Of a stretch of 64,000 bases of DNA, positions 1 through 18,312 are shown piece after piece. Position 1 is the first letter of the stretch, and every line of letters begins with the position of its first letter. Source of the DNA: Zygnema circumcarinatum SAG 698-1b. Lineage: Eukaryota; Plantae; Zygnematophyceae. The stretch covers positions 744,001 to 808,000 of the forward strand of contig CM074804.1 in the NCBI GenBank assembly GCA_037447605.1, in the 5' to 3' direction. The translations under genes and the position numbers were made by a program. The notes below the pieces were generated by a model, which was not told where the DNA came from, ran no database searches, and saw only the letters and a list, made by a program, of their open reading frames with translations.

Positions 1-215
1 TGTCGAACTTGCACTTTTCTCTCCCTCAAGCACACATGACAAATCTTTCCTTCTTGAAGTTGATTCTTCCTGTTTGGCGTGATTGCAGTTGTTTGACTGA
101 AAACTGGAGCATTGAATCTTTTGACAGTCTTACTACATGATGAGAACGTATCGTTCCTAACAAAGTCATACATACGTTCTTGAGCAGCTTTTCATTTGGG
201 TCACTCCATGTGCAG

Positions 216-7054
<6,839 letters not shown>

Positions 7055-8237
7055 GAAAACGGAACTGAGGCATTGTGAATTTGTAATTGGGCAGACGTGC
7101 CTGTCGATGTTCTAAGCATATCCCATGAGGAGCTCCAGATGCGTGAATGATCGTTTATAATGGCTGGTAAGGATCAAAGAGATGAGTTGACACGAGACTG
7201 AATTTGAAGCACTCAAAATCATGCAATGGCCTGGCCTCTATATCCAAACCAAAATAGGTGAAAATCAAGTAAGAGTAAAACCACCAGGATAAAGGTGACA
7301 CTAGGAGACACATGGAGTACAAAAGCATTTGTTAACTGCATGACTATATACAGTTATCAAATCAACTTCAAATTCAATTTCAACCTCAACCTCTACCTGG
7401 GTTTCAGTTTCGTTCTCCTGTATAGCAAAGGCACTGCAGGCTGCAAGCCAAGCCAAGCCCCGAACAGTCCATCACAATACAGAACTACACAAATCTCAGG
7501 TCCAGCTCCCATACCTTGATGTGCATATGTGCGACATGACATCCAAAACTGACATGCATGGTCCAAAAATAAAACAGTATGCCACAATGCAAGCATTCCA
7601 GGCATTCCTCTTCTCAAGGCCATGACATCATCCATGCAAGACAACCAACCACAGTACAATGACCAGTCAATCACGCTACAAGCACAGCTGTTGTCACAGA
7701 TGAAGGGAAAGCCATTGATAAGCTCACTACTTAGCTGGGCTCTCGGTCTCCATTGGGGGCGTTGTTTCAAAGCCTCCTTTCAATTGCAAGACAAAAGGGA
7801 GCGTCTACGTGACAGTGCCTTCAACTAGCGTTGCACTGTCAACGGGATGTCAAAGGGAGGCAGGTTTTATTACTTACGTGCAGACCTGCACTAGGTCTAT
7901 CCTAAGGTAGTCCCTTCACCTCAAAGCTAACAGCATAAACCGCATTTTTCACAGCTATGCACATGCTGGCAGGACACTGTTTTGGTGTGTCTATTGGGAG
8001 CACTCTAGAAACAGCCGACCTACAAAACCTCATTGTGAAGTGAGAGACTTTTCTGCAACGGCTCACAGCTTCAAAGTCCCTTTTGAATGTGTGAGCACGC
8101 AGACTAAGGGCATGCAGAGAAAGCAGGAAAGGAGCTCCAGGGAAGGCTACACAAGTTTCCCCAAAGCTGCAGAGGTCATCAATCAGAATCCACCAGGAAG
8201 CCTTTACTTTCACTCCAGCTGCTGGAAATAGAACTGG

Positions 8238-11200
8238 CTATGGCTGGGTTTTATCAGCGGTGCCTTCCACTTCTGCAGCCTTGGCTTCCACAGAATCGAC
8301 CTCCATCTTTTCGGCTCCCTCAGAAGCCACCTCAACTGCTTTGCCTGCTGCCTCCGTTTCTGGTTTATCCTTCACATCTTTGAGGAAGTTGGGATCCTCC
8401 TTGGCTACCTTTACATCTTGCTGCTTTTCGACGACCGGTTGTTGTTCCTCTTCCTTGGTCGTCTCCTCCTCACTTTTAATCGCTGCCTTTGCCTCATCTC
8501 CCTTAGCCTTTAGCTCCCTTAGTTCATTCACTAACTTCTGCTCAGTGTCCTTCAGATCAGCAATCAATTTTTCAACCTCCGAAGCTGGTTCTACCTTTTC
8601 TTCATCCACCTTTTGTTTATCCTTCAATCCTTCTTGCATAGGCTCTGCCTCTACCAACTTTGGCTCATCTTTCGCTTCTTGCTGTTGTTCCGCTACTTCT
8701 GCTGATGTGACATCTTTAACAGCATCGCCTTCATGCTCTTCCGGTGCGCTTTCCTTCTCACCCTTTTCCAATACTTTCTCAGCATGTTCCACCTCCATCT
8801 CCGTAGGCGAAGACTCAGTTTCTTCTTCTGCTTCAGCATTTGCTTCTGCCTCCACTGCCTTATCCTCCGTTTCCATGGCTTCCGGTGCTGGTTCCACTTC
8901 TCCCTTTTCTTCCACTTCTCCCTTTTCTTCCACTTCTCCCTTTTCTTCCACTTCGCCCTCATCCTCCTCGGCAGCCCCTTCTGCCTTATCTTCCTCATTT
9001 CCAGATGGAAGATTTTCCTCTATAAGACGTTGGATGAGGTCCTTCTTCTTTTGCAGATCACCGGAGAAGTAATCCCCTGAAAAGATAAAAAAAAAAAAAA
9101 GAGTAGATTTATGGTTAGAATCAATCCATTGCACCGACTGACGACTTTGCAGAGCATAAAAAATGGTTCCTAAAAGAGTCTAGCGATAATTACTAAAAGA
9201 ACTTCACACCCGATGCAATCTGAACTTTCGAAGGAAACCTGGGAAGGAAATACGTAGTCTTACCGACAGAGTCGATGACCTCATCGACAGTAATCTGCAA
9301 GATACAATGATAAAGTAAGAGGACAGTACGAGCACCCTCAACGCACCTATTCGTACCACTGCAATGCAAACTCATTTCATCAGCTCCTAACAGACACGTG
9401 TGGGGATGACTCGGTAGATATGACTAGTTTCCAAACATCACAAGTTTGCACGAACATCAGCTCAACACAGTCTGGAAGATAATACTTCTGCAATACTTCT
9501 GTCTGAAAGCTATTCCATGATTCGTTTTTTGTTTGGCAAGCAATCAATAAATCAGAGTAGATTCCGTATTAAGCAAAACATGAGAATTTGATTGCAGGAA
9601 AATCAGCAGTACCTACACCAGTAGAACATACATGCCCGGCAACCATCAACGAAAGCAAACATGATTAAAGGTCAGCACACCTTTTTCGAGTCAGAGCTGT
9701 CTATTAAGTGCTTGACTTGTTTCCTCAAGCTTGCCTCTGTAGGAGCAGCTTTTCTCTTGCCTGCATCGCAAAACTGTTGTGATCAGTATCCCTCAATCTT
9801 CCAAAGAATGATTCCAAAACTGTAAAAGCATGCACAATCTTTGACTATTCTGTTATTCCAGCAAATAACAAGTATGAAACGCTTTCAGCCTCTCAATTCT
9901 CAGCGGCGGAAAGCATTGCTTGTTTCACCTGAACTCCCTGAACTTGGCTTTCCTGAAGACCTTCTCCTCTTGGTTGGGGGGGACTCCTCTTCATCTTCTT
10001 CTTCTTCATCGTCCTCCTCGTACGTGACTTGCTTCCCCTTGGGTGCTGGTTTAGACGGCTACAATTCCAGCATGGAAAAAAAATGAATAGAAATTGTGCT
10101 AACCAAAACAAACTGCTGGCACACTTTCCTGCAGGCAATCACAAGGCAGAAAGGGCATTCTTTGGCAGCTTGCCAAAGCAACGCCAACGAAAGTCCACAA
10201 ACAATTCATCTCATGCAAAAACACCAGACCAACTGTCGGCCATCTCTTCACTGCTATGGTCAACGTCAGAGTCCTGGTAAGGTGAAGAACCCTTTACCTT
10301 GGCTTGCACTGCCTTTGCTGGAGGTGTGCGTTTTTTGGACTCCTGCAGCATAATACACAGGAAGTTTCTGACAGTTCAGCAGTTGCACGAGTAGCAGCCT
10401 CACCTTTCGACAAACTTGTTGCAGATACGGAAAAACGCTAAACAGCTGATTTTGACGATTCAATTAGGTCGACGCACCTTGGCAGTTGTTGACGGAGGCC
10501 CCGGCTTCAGCAAGAAAGAAGACACACGCTCAATCTGCTCCTCCTGCAAACACCGAACAAGCAGAGAAAAGCATCAGAAAATTGAGCTTACAATCAGCTT
10601 GCAAGTGCACTGTGCACTACTACAGAAGCACTTTCACCAGAACACATTGAACAATTTATACAACCCCACCTTTTTGCCAGTCTTGGGAAGATCAAGAAGC
10701 TCTAGGAGCTGCTGGATCCCTTCCTTCGTATAACGTTCGAGTTTTTCCTTCAGTTTCGCTTTTTCCTTCGCCTGTGCAGCACATAGCACTCAAACTGTAA
10801 TTAGTTAAGGCAATTTCATTTATTATGCAAGCAGGTCGCAAGCAGCACTGTCAGAGACCTCATAATCAAACACTAACACTGACATCAGCTAAGCAAGGAA
10901 AGATTGTTAACTCATGAATGAAATGAGGAACAGCTCACATCGTTCTCTTTCCAGGGGTATCCAGAGAACTCCAAAATGTTCCTTTTCACCACGTGAACCT
11001 GCAGCCGACAGATGCCAGGAACAAATTTCTCAATCAAACCAATGCAAATCCGTGAAAAGTGGCAGTGAAATTGCATAGTCGATGCCTAACGGTTCCGACA
11101 AGCATAAGGCAATAAATCAGCTCACCTTGGCGCGTTTGCTGTACAGAAGGGAATGGAACATTGAGATCAGTTCATCGTTTCTCGCCTTTTTAGCCATCTT

Positions 11201-12263
11201 AGCCGCAACTGCAAAGGAAGCAGCCCACTGCAATGATCATTTTCCTGTCTGTACAAACAAAAGTGCAGAACTCCCCCTCCATTTAGTCTACAAGAATAAG
11301 CAGCACCATAGCTAACCTAAAAGGTTTCTTACGTCATCTACAACAATAGCCAGAAATACTCTGTGATAACCCTAAAAGGCTACTGCAAGAAACGAGGCCT
11401 TTCTAGTATCTAAGAAAAACTAACTCGTTTGCGAATCCGTGATGCTAAAATAAGGGCACTGGAATGACTGGAACTTCTTCAATCTTTCAAGACCAAAGAA
11501 CCATAAAAATCTATCCACTTTTTGGTGCTGGTGATGCCCTACTGTTTGGAATATCTTTCAGTGCCGTTCCCCTTCCCTGCAAGACCCGACCCAATCCCGG
11601 AGCGAGTAATCAGCGAGTCTGGAAGCTACACAAAGGAACCGGTTTGGCTTGTTAACTTAAAACAAGAAGTCCGAAGGGGACCTTACGAGTTTCCACAATA
11701 AGCTTTGCAGCTTCACAGCAAGCTAAAAGGAGTCAAAGTTTACAATAAAAAATCTCTAGCAGAGGCTAAACACGCCCGTTAACAGAGAGAATTTCCGGTA
11801 AACTGTATCCTTAGCCAAAGTTTCGATAGTGTCAGAAACTATTTTAGACCTGTTTAATCTCAAAGTCAGCCACTTTATCGCGAGAATCTTCGACAGCAAA
11901 GCGCTCAGCTGACTTGCGCTCCCTTTGAGGCCGAGTGGCCATCGGTGGAGAATAAGGTCGCTCTTTTTTCTGCCTGGGAGTCGTCTTCGACTTCGGTTCC
12001 TCTTTCTCCTCCTCATCCTCCTCGCCCTTCTCCTTTTCCGCTTCCTTCTCCTCTTCTAACTTTTTTTCTTCCTCCATCTTCTCCTCCTTTTCAGCGTTTT
12101 CCTCCGTGCCTTCCGCTCCTATCTCCTTCTCCTCTCCTGACTTTTTCCCTCCTTCCCCTACACCTTCTCCCTTAATCGTTGTTTCCACATTTGCTGGAGC
12201 ATCTGCCACTTCTTCTCCGTTAGTCTGCTTCTCTAAAGTTACATTTTCCTCCTCTTTCGTCAT
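8238..12263 (-). CDS. DEK: DEK-domain chromatin protein with a long Glu-rich C-terminal extension
   Basis: ATG at 12263 (MTKEEENV). Plant DEK motifs RPQRERKSAERF, GRGTALKDIPN, FHSLLYSKRAK, KRNILEFSGYPW and KEKLERYTKEGIQQLLELLDLP lie in small exons between 11.6 and 10.5 kb. The DEK_C domain (PTEASLRKQVKHLI..ITVDEVIDSVGDYFSGDLQKKKDLIQRLIEENL) spans about 9770-9000. Stop at 8238-8240. Confidence 0.9.
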
Positions 12264-13903
12264 CCTGGACGAATATTTGTTCCCAGCACCCTCACTTTTC
12301 AGCAAAATTGCATGCCTCCCAGCGCAGTTTTCCTTCTCCAGTCGTGCCTTGACTTTCTGATCTTAAGACTAGAGCCTCAGGCCTGTAACCTCAGCCACTT
12401 TCAACCAGATAAGGCACGCGCAGCTGCACAGTAGAAGCCCTGGAAGTCGCCCACTTATGGCTGTGCCTCTGAGCTCAAGAAGGTCAGGGCCCCAGCGCAG
12501 CCAGCCCCAGGCTCAAAACATTTCAGCTGTAGCGCGCATTCTCAGCTGTAGCGCGCACCCGAAATTCAAAACTTAGGCGGGCATCTTCCAATGCCAATTC
12601 GTGCATTCATACGTGTCGGACCCTTCGGGGGTCGCTCTAGAGCCGTGTTGTGTTTGGTGGGCCTTGGAGGAAGGTTCCATTCATAGGATTTGTTTGCTTT
12701 GGCTCTTCTTATATCCATTTTCTACGTACTTTTAATGGCTTATTCGCAGATCATGAGGTCAAACGGCAGTTCGCGTTCCGTTTCCTCCTTAGGGGGTCCA
12801 ATCCGATCTACTTCCCTCCTTAGGGGGTCTTCCCACGATTCCACAACCTCCATAGTAAAAGGGATCTGCATTGACCTCGATAGTGGTTTACATGTAAACT
12901 CTGCACCCCATCTTGTTGTTTTTTGCAGGCAACCACGGTTAGCTGGTTCCCGTCCTTTAACTAGCAAAGAATCGAAAATTTGTTCTCGTGCAATGTCTGA
13001 TTCGATCAAAGTTGTCTTTGACAAGGAGCCACTAAATTCTCACCATGTTGGTTTGAAATTGTTTACCTAAAAGGGAAAACCTTCTAAAAGACGAGTATAT
13101 GTTGTGCGACCCTGACCTGTGTGAGTTGATACGTGGCAATGCATAGAAGTGAATATCTTGCTCGTTTTCAGCGCGTCTGCGGCCTTGCAATCAAAGGCGA
13201 GAGATGATTCCCTCATAGAACGCCAACTTTTGCGTCAATCATCATGTCAATGATGCTTTTTGACCATATTATGATCGGTCAGGTTATGACTGCTTCCAGT
13301 GCCGTATTAGTGAGCCCAGAAGTAGATTTTTGTATATAGGCAATTTCTTTTTGTCTTTCGGTCTTTTTTTTGCATGTACTGCACTGTTGTCATGATTCCT
13401 ATTCTTATTCTTTATTCTTCTTCCTACCATTTTTTGTTTCTTGCTGTTATAACAGAAAAATGAGCCAGCCTCGAGCAAGTTGCCCACACTGAAAACTATT
13501 ACGTCTTATTCTCACTGTCAAAAACGAAGACATTGCACCAGTAGAAGTCACAGAGTGGTCCCACATCTCCTTCCAAGAAGCATGGTGACAAGATCCCTTT
13601 CAAACCTTCTAAAAACATGCGTCGATGTGCCCCAGAGGCCCTTAGCCTGAACGCTTATCCTCCAGCTATGCTTATTGCTAGTGCACGCGCCCATATACAG
13701 ACATTCGTAACTCTCCACGTTCCAACTCTTGGCCCGTTCAAAACTGTTGCCCTCGATTATTCTGCATTCAAGCACTGTGAAGTGGCCTAAGGTTTGAATG
13801 TGATGTCTAGCACTCTCTTAGAACCTCATCTCCCGTGAACTGACAAAAGCGTACACACCAAAGCTTCAACTGCATTAACTGCATACAGGCACTAGAAGCC
13901 TTG

Positions 13904-16900
13904 TTAGCTGTGCTTGGCCTTATTATGTTGATTGAAGCCATCCTCCTTCGAAAAGCTCCTGCGTGGATGAAAAACAAACACTAGTCTGTGAGAGCAATGC
14001 CCAACATTGACTGCTTCACTATGAAGTTTGAAACACTACGAGTTATCGCTGTAGATCCCGTGGCTGACTATTCAAAGCTACCATGGGGGTGCAGTCTAAG
14101 CCCAGGTGGGAGTTTCATATTCACAGCGTAATCATGTGCTATGCCCCCCGAAGCATCCTCAGTGGACACGCTACTAGGATATAAATTGGTGAAGAATTGA
14201 GTTGTGAAGGTGCTCATAGTTGGATTGAATGGTTAAGAATCAGCACACAGCGGAGCTGCTCAGGTTAACGAGATGTGTTTGATAATCATTGCACCTTCAC
14301 CGACTCATTTTCCACATAAACCTAACGGTGTATTTGCAGGGTAACACCAGACACTACAAGATTGCAATCTCCTACCGTACCTATTGCATTCTGCACAATT
14401 GGCAGGCAGAGATAGGCCTTCTATAGTTCATCTACCAGACAGAGAAAATGAAAGTCGCTTTGCCACCACTATCAGAACTTACTTGTTGCAAGGTTTGCAG
14501 AAAAAATTCGAGCTTGATGGATCAGGAGAACTCTTAGCAGCGTTCTTCGTTTTGCCTCCAGGCTCCGCCTTCTGTTATGAAGTCACCTTTAAGGTAAGTG
14601 CAGATCAGGAATGCAGGCATGGCTAGCTTACGCACTGGTATGGACAATTTGTGGACAAACAATAGAAATTCATCCAGCCAATTTGTAGAAAGCAACATTG
14701 AAATAACCACACGAAATTCTACACTGCTGATCAAGGAAGAAGTGGGCGACATGAACAGATGTATTCCTGATTATCTCCAAGAACAAGGCCACGTGAGAAG
14801 GATTTCTTTGGGACAATGATAGAGACTGAACATAAAGTGCGCCTACTCAGCACTGCCTCACCTTTTCTGGAAGTTTAGCCCCTTTCTCTTTGCCTGCATC
14901 AGGGGATGCAACCGGCTTTGCCTTCTTACCAGGAGCTCCGGCTGCAGGACCATCTGCGCAAGTCTCCAACAGGCATCATGCATCAAAAACGTTATTTCCT
15001 GAAGAGACACTCACACGGTTGCCCAGGGTAGCGCTTCAAGGTAACTGCAAGACAGATCAGCCAAGCTTGTCATGATCATAAACATCACAAGCTATAGCAA
15101 AAGGCGAAGACAACCACTTACTTTGTGCAGCTTTGGCGTTTTTGACAGGCTTGCCGGCCTTTGGTTCAGTCTCTGCCGCTCTCTTCGCCCCTACCTGTGA
15201 CAAATCAGTCAAGCTACAGATCAGAATAGCACAGCCACCCGTAGATGTGAAACAACCTGTCACAGGTTTTTTCAGAGAAATAAACAGAGTGACAAGCAAT
15301 GCATTTTCAAAAGAGGCAGGACAAAGAGCCCGCTAATGGACATGCATAGAACCCCAATATTCACAATTGTGCATGCAGGTTGGCAGCAGAACAGACCAAA
15401 AATCTTCCGTGCTATGAACCTGGCCTCAGAGTGAAAATAAGAGTGAAATCCGTTTCCTCTATTAATGCCAGAGATAGGCAAAAGTCTTCAAAAGATACAT
15501 ACTTTCGGTTGAACAGGCTTCTTTTCTTCCTTCACTTCTTCCTCCTCATCATCCTCGCCTTCATCGTCCTCATCCTCGCCTGCATCGTCCTCATCCTCGT
15601 CTTCATCTTCCTCGTCGCCTTCCATCATGTCCTCTTCAGCGTCCAGACCCTCAAAATCATCCTCATCTTCTTCATCATCATCCTCACCTTCAAAATCCTG
15701 CAGAGAAAGCTTCAGAAAGTCGGCGCCTACATCAAGAAGTTCGCCAAATGTACCAACAATACTGGCCGCAATTCGATTTCAATTGCACACCGTGAAGAGC
15801 AGGAATTCAAAATGCTTTGCAGACTACATTAAAGAAAACAACAGCATTGATTCACTCGACAGGGACATAAATTTCACCAGTTATTGAAAGTCATACATTT
15901 CCAGTCCAACAAGCTCATAAAACTTTACTAACAACTTCTCAATAATCACTATTGCAGCCAAAATTGGACCTTACATCATCGTCCTCGTCCTCCTCCCCCT
16001 CTTCTGCCTCTGGCTCCGTGAAGGTAACGGCGGGAGCTGCTGCAGTCAATTTGCCATTGGCTTCTTTTCCTTTCTTGACAGCTGGAAGACCCTTTGCGAA
16101 GAAAAACCACATGAGGCAGAAGCTCCCAGGAGTTCCAGCAAAATACTAACTTCAAACTATTCTTCCTTTCACCGGCCATTGCGCGAGTCCCATCTCTGCA
16201 CAGTATTGAGCTATGGATAATCAAGATAAATAGGAAACATGAATGCATGGGGCTTCTGTGACTAGCATTCGACTATAATTACTACTCACCTATAGAAGAA
16301 GAAGGCTTGCCACCCGTTCCGTTTTCAGAGAATGGGACGGCCTCTGGAACCTGCTCATCTGTTAGCAGCAAACAAAGAGTTAACCATGCTAGATGTGAAA
16401 TGAAAAATGAAACTCAAGTCGTTTCTTGGACAAAGAACTGTTAGCTTTAAGTGGATACAGACCCAAAACGTGGCAATCTACTAGATCAGCAACGCAATCT
16501 CAAGTCTTGCAAGTCCTCTATCCAAAAGCACAAGGCGTGGACTAACCTCCCTCCTCTTCCTCCTCGTCATCTTCATCATCTTCGTAGTCAAGGTAGTCTT
16601 CCTCGTCATCAGTACGCAAGTCAAGGATCCGCCATGCAGGGTAAAACGAGTTGCTAGGAAGACAACTGTACACACTGCACCTTTCCTTCTGAGCAAATAT
16701 AGTCTTGTAAGCTTTACAAAAGACTGAAAGGATATTCCTCGTGCTTGGTTTGGTATCCGGCTATGAATATGCTCGACTTGCTATTGTGAAAAATCCGAAA
16801 TTTCTTGTCAAACACCAAATCTAGCTGCATCTGGTCGCAGCGAGATTTCACTAAAGTGCCGAGCACAATTGGTGAGTTGCCGTCTGCTTCGACTTGAATA

Positions 16901-17522
16901 AACACACGCTCCTGGTCCACTGCATTTGGTCCAAGGGAGGCCTGCACAACAGTGGAACACAAACCACAGTTTCAAGCGTTAATCTTTTGAAGAACTGCAC
17001 TGGTGGATCCGCATTCAGCACAAGCTAGAGACATCTCTTGACGCCGTGCCAAAACGGAGAGAAAAGCCTTGATAACAGAAACCAGTGAATGCAGATGTTC
17101 ATGAATGCTAGTACTGTGGACATTCGTCAACCATAAAGAACTTTGGCTAGCTGCAAATATTTCTGTACAGAACTTTGGAACAAGAGGACCTTCCAAATGA
17201 TGACGAAGGAAAAGGTGCTACGGTCTTATATGCCTTAATTTCACAATAGCAAAGAGAGGTAAAAGTGAAAAGTGCACCAGATGTAACCTGCCTGCGAGAC
17301 ATGAATGTAGAGGTGCTCCTCCTCCAATACCTCTACTTCTTTCCCCTTCCCTGGCGGCACTTCGATCCCTGCAGATTAACGCGCGATGAGCGTGAGACCA
17401 ACGCAAAACAATGTTCAAGTGCTGAAACCAAGGCTTTTAGCAAGTACAGCAATCAACTGGTGTCTCAGAAACTCTTCCAACCAGTCTGCTTGTGAAGGAT
17501 TACCCCAGAAACCCATCGCCAT
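13904..17522 (-). CDS. HDT: HD2-type (HDT) nucleoplasmin-domain protein / plant-specific histone deacetylase family, with C-terminal C2H2 zinc finger
   Basis: Exon 1 (17522-17504) MAMGFWG joins exon 2 (17368-17292) IEVPPGKGKEVEVLEEEHLYIHVSQ and exon 3 ASLGPNAVDQERVFIQVE..VLGTL..QMQLDLVFDKKFRIFHNSKSSIFIAGY, forming the NPL domain. Asp/Glu-rich and Lys-rich exons follow. The last two exons give CKPCNKSFSKEDGFNQHNKAKHS* with stop at 13904-13906. Confidence 0.92.
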
Positions 17523-17746
17523 GAGTTGTTGCAGGATCCCTCAGCCGAGATATATGTCTCAGTCTTGCAGGAAGAAAAACGCTTCTCGTGCCCTGCGCAC
17601 CCTGACTGCCGGACACACTCCAAAACCCGCCCACTCCCAAACCCTGGCCGCCCTCCCCCGCCTTCAGCTCGCCAGCGCAGCGCCGCCTTACAGGCTTACA
17701 CAACATTTTTGGCTAGATACACACCTTCTAAAAAACCCCAAATCCT

Positions 17747-17885
17747 AAACCCTAAAATAAAATCTGACCGGCGAAAAGGTGTGTATCTAGCTAAAAAGGT
17801 GTGTAAATTTACCCTAATAAACTATGAGAACCTAAATTTGAAGCTACTTAGGCCCCTAGGCCCTGGGTCCTAAACCTAAGCCTAG
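17747..17885. promoter_or_regulatory. Telo-box and GGCCC (site II-like) motifs in the HDT/PPD6 divergent promoter
   Basis: AAACCCTAA at 17747-17755, with degenerate ACCCTAAT/AACCTAA and GGCCC motifs nearby. Telo-boxes are typical of nucleolar and ribosome-biogenesis genes in plants. Confidence 0.55.
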
Positions 17886-17933
17886 GCCTATAAGACTAAG
17901 AACTTGCACTTGATGTAGGATGGCATGGCATAG

Positions 17934-18006
17934 CATGGACATGGACATGAACATGGACATGGACATGGACATGAACATGGACATGGACATGGACATGGAC
18001 ATGGAC
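17934..18006. repeat. (CATGGA)n microsatellite in the HDT/PPD6 intergenic region
   Basis: About 12 units, two of them the CATGAA variant. Confidence 0.95.
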
Positions 18007-18312
18007 AAAGGCAATGTGTAGAACCAATGTGAACAAGAAAGAATTTCGGCTTCGGTCTCACGATGGCGATGTCATGAAACGAACATGGGCAACAACAACA
18101 TGATGGAGAACCACGACGATGTGGCCGCTAAGGACCCAAGTACAAAAGGAAAAAGCTAAGAGCTGAAAGCTACGCCTCGGCTCAACAAAATTGTCAGCCG
18201 ACATTGTGTCACGTCACGTCACGTCACGAGTGCTGCTGCCGATAGGCCGGCCGGCGGGTGAAGGCCGCGTGGCAGCCTGCAGGGCCTCCGCGACTTCCCC
18301 TTCCCTCCCGCC

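Noticed and set aside
7260-8230. Exon-like minus-strand segments past the DEK stop (e.g. ENETETQ near 7399-7419)
   Set aside because: Could not be joined in frame to DEK; probably 3' UTR splicing or chance.
8260-9080. Long plus-strand ORFs (270 aa Ser-rich, 115 aa) over DEK
   Set aside because: Antisense shadows of the Glu/Lys-rich DEK exon.
13165-13250. Minus-strand ATGATGA...CTGA C/D snoRNA candidate
   Set aside because: No terminal stem and no rRNA-complementary guide that I could recognise.
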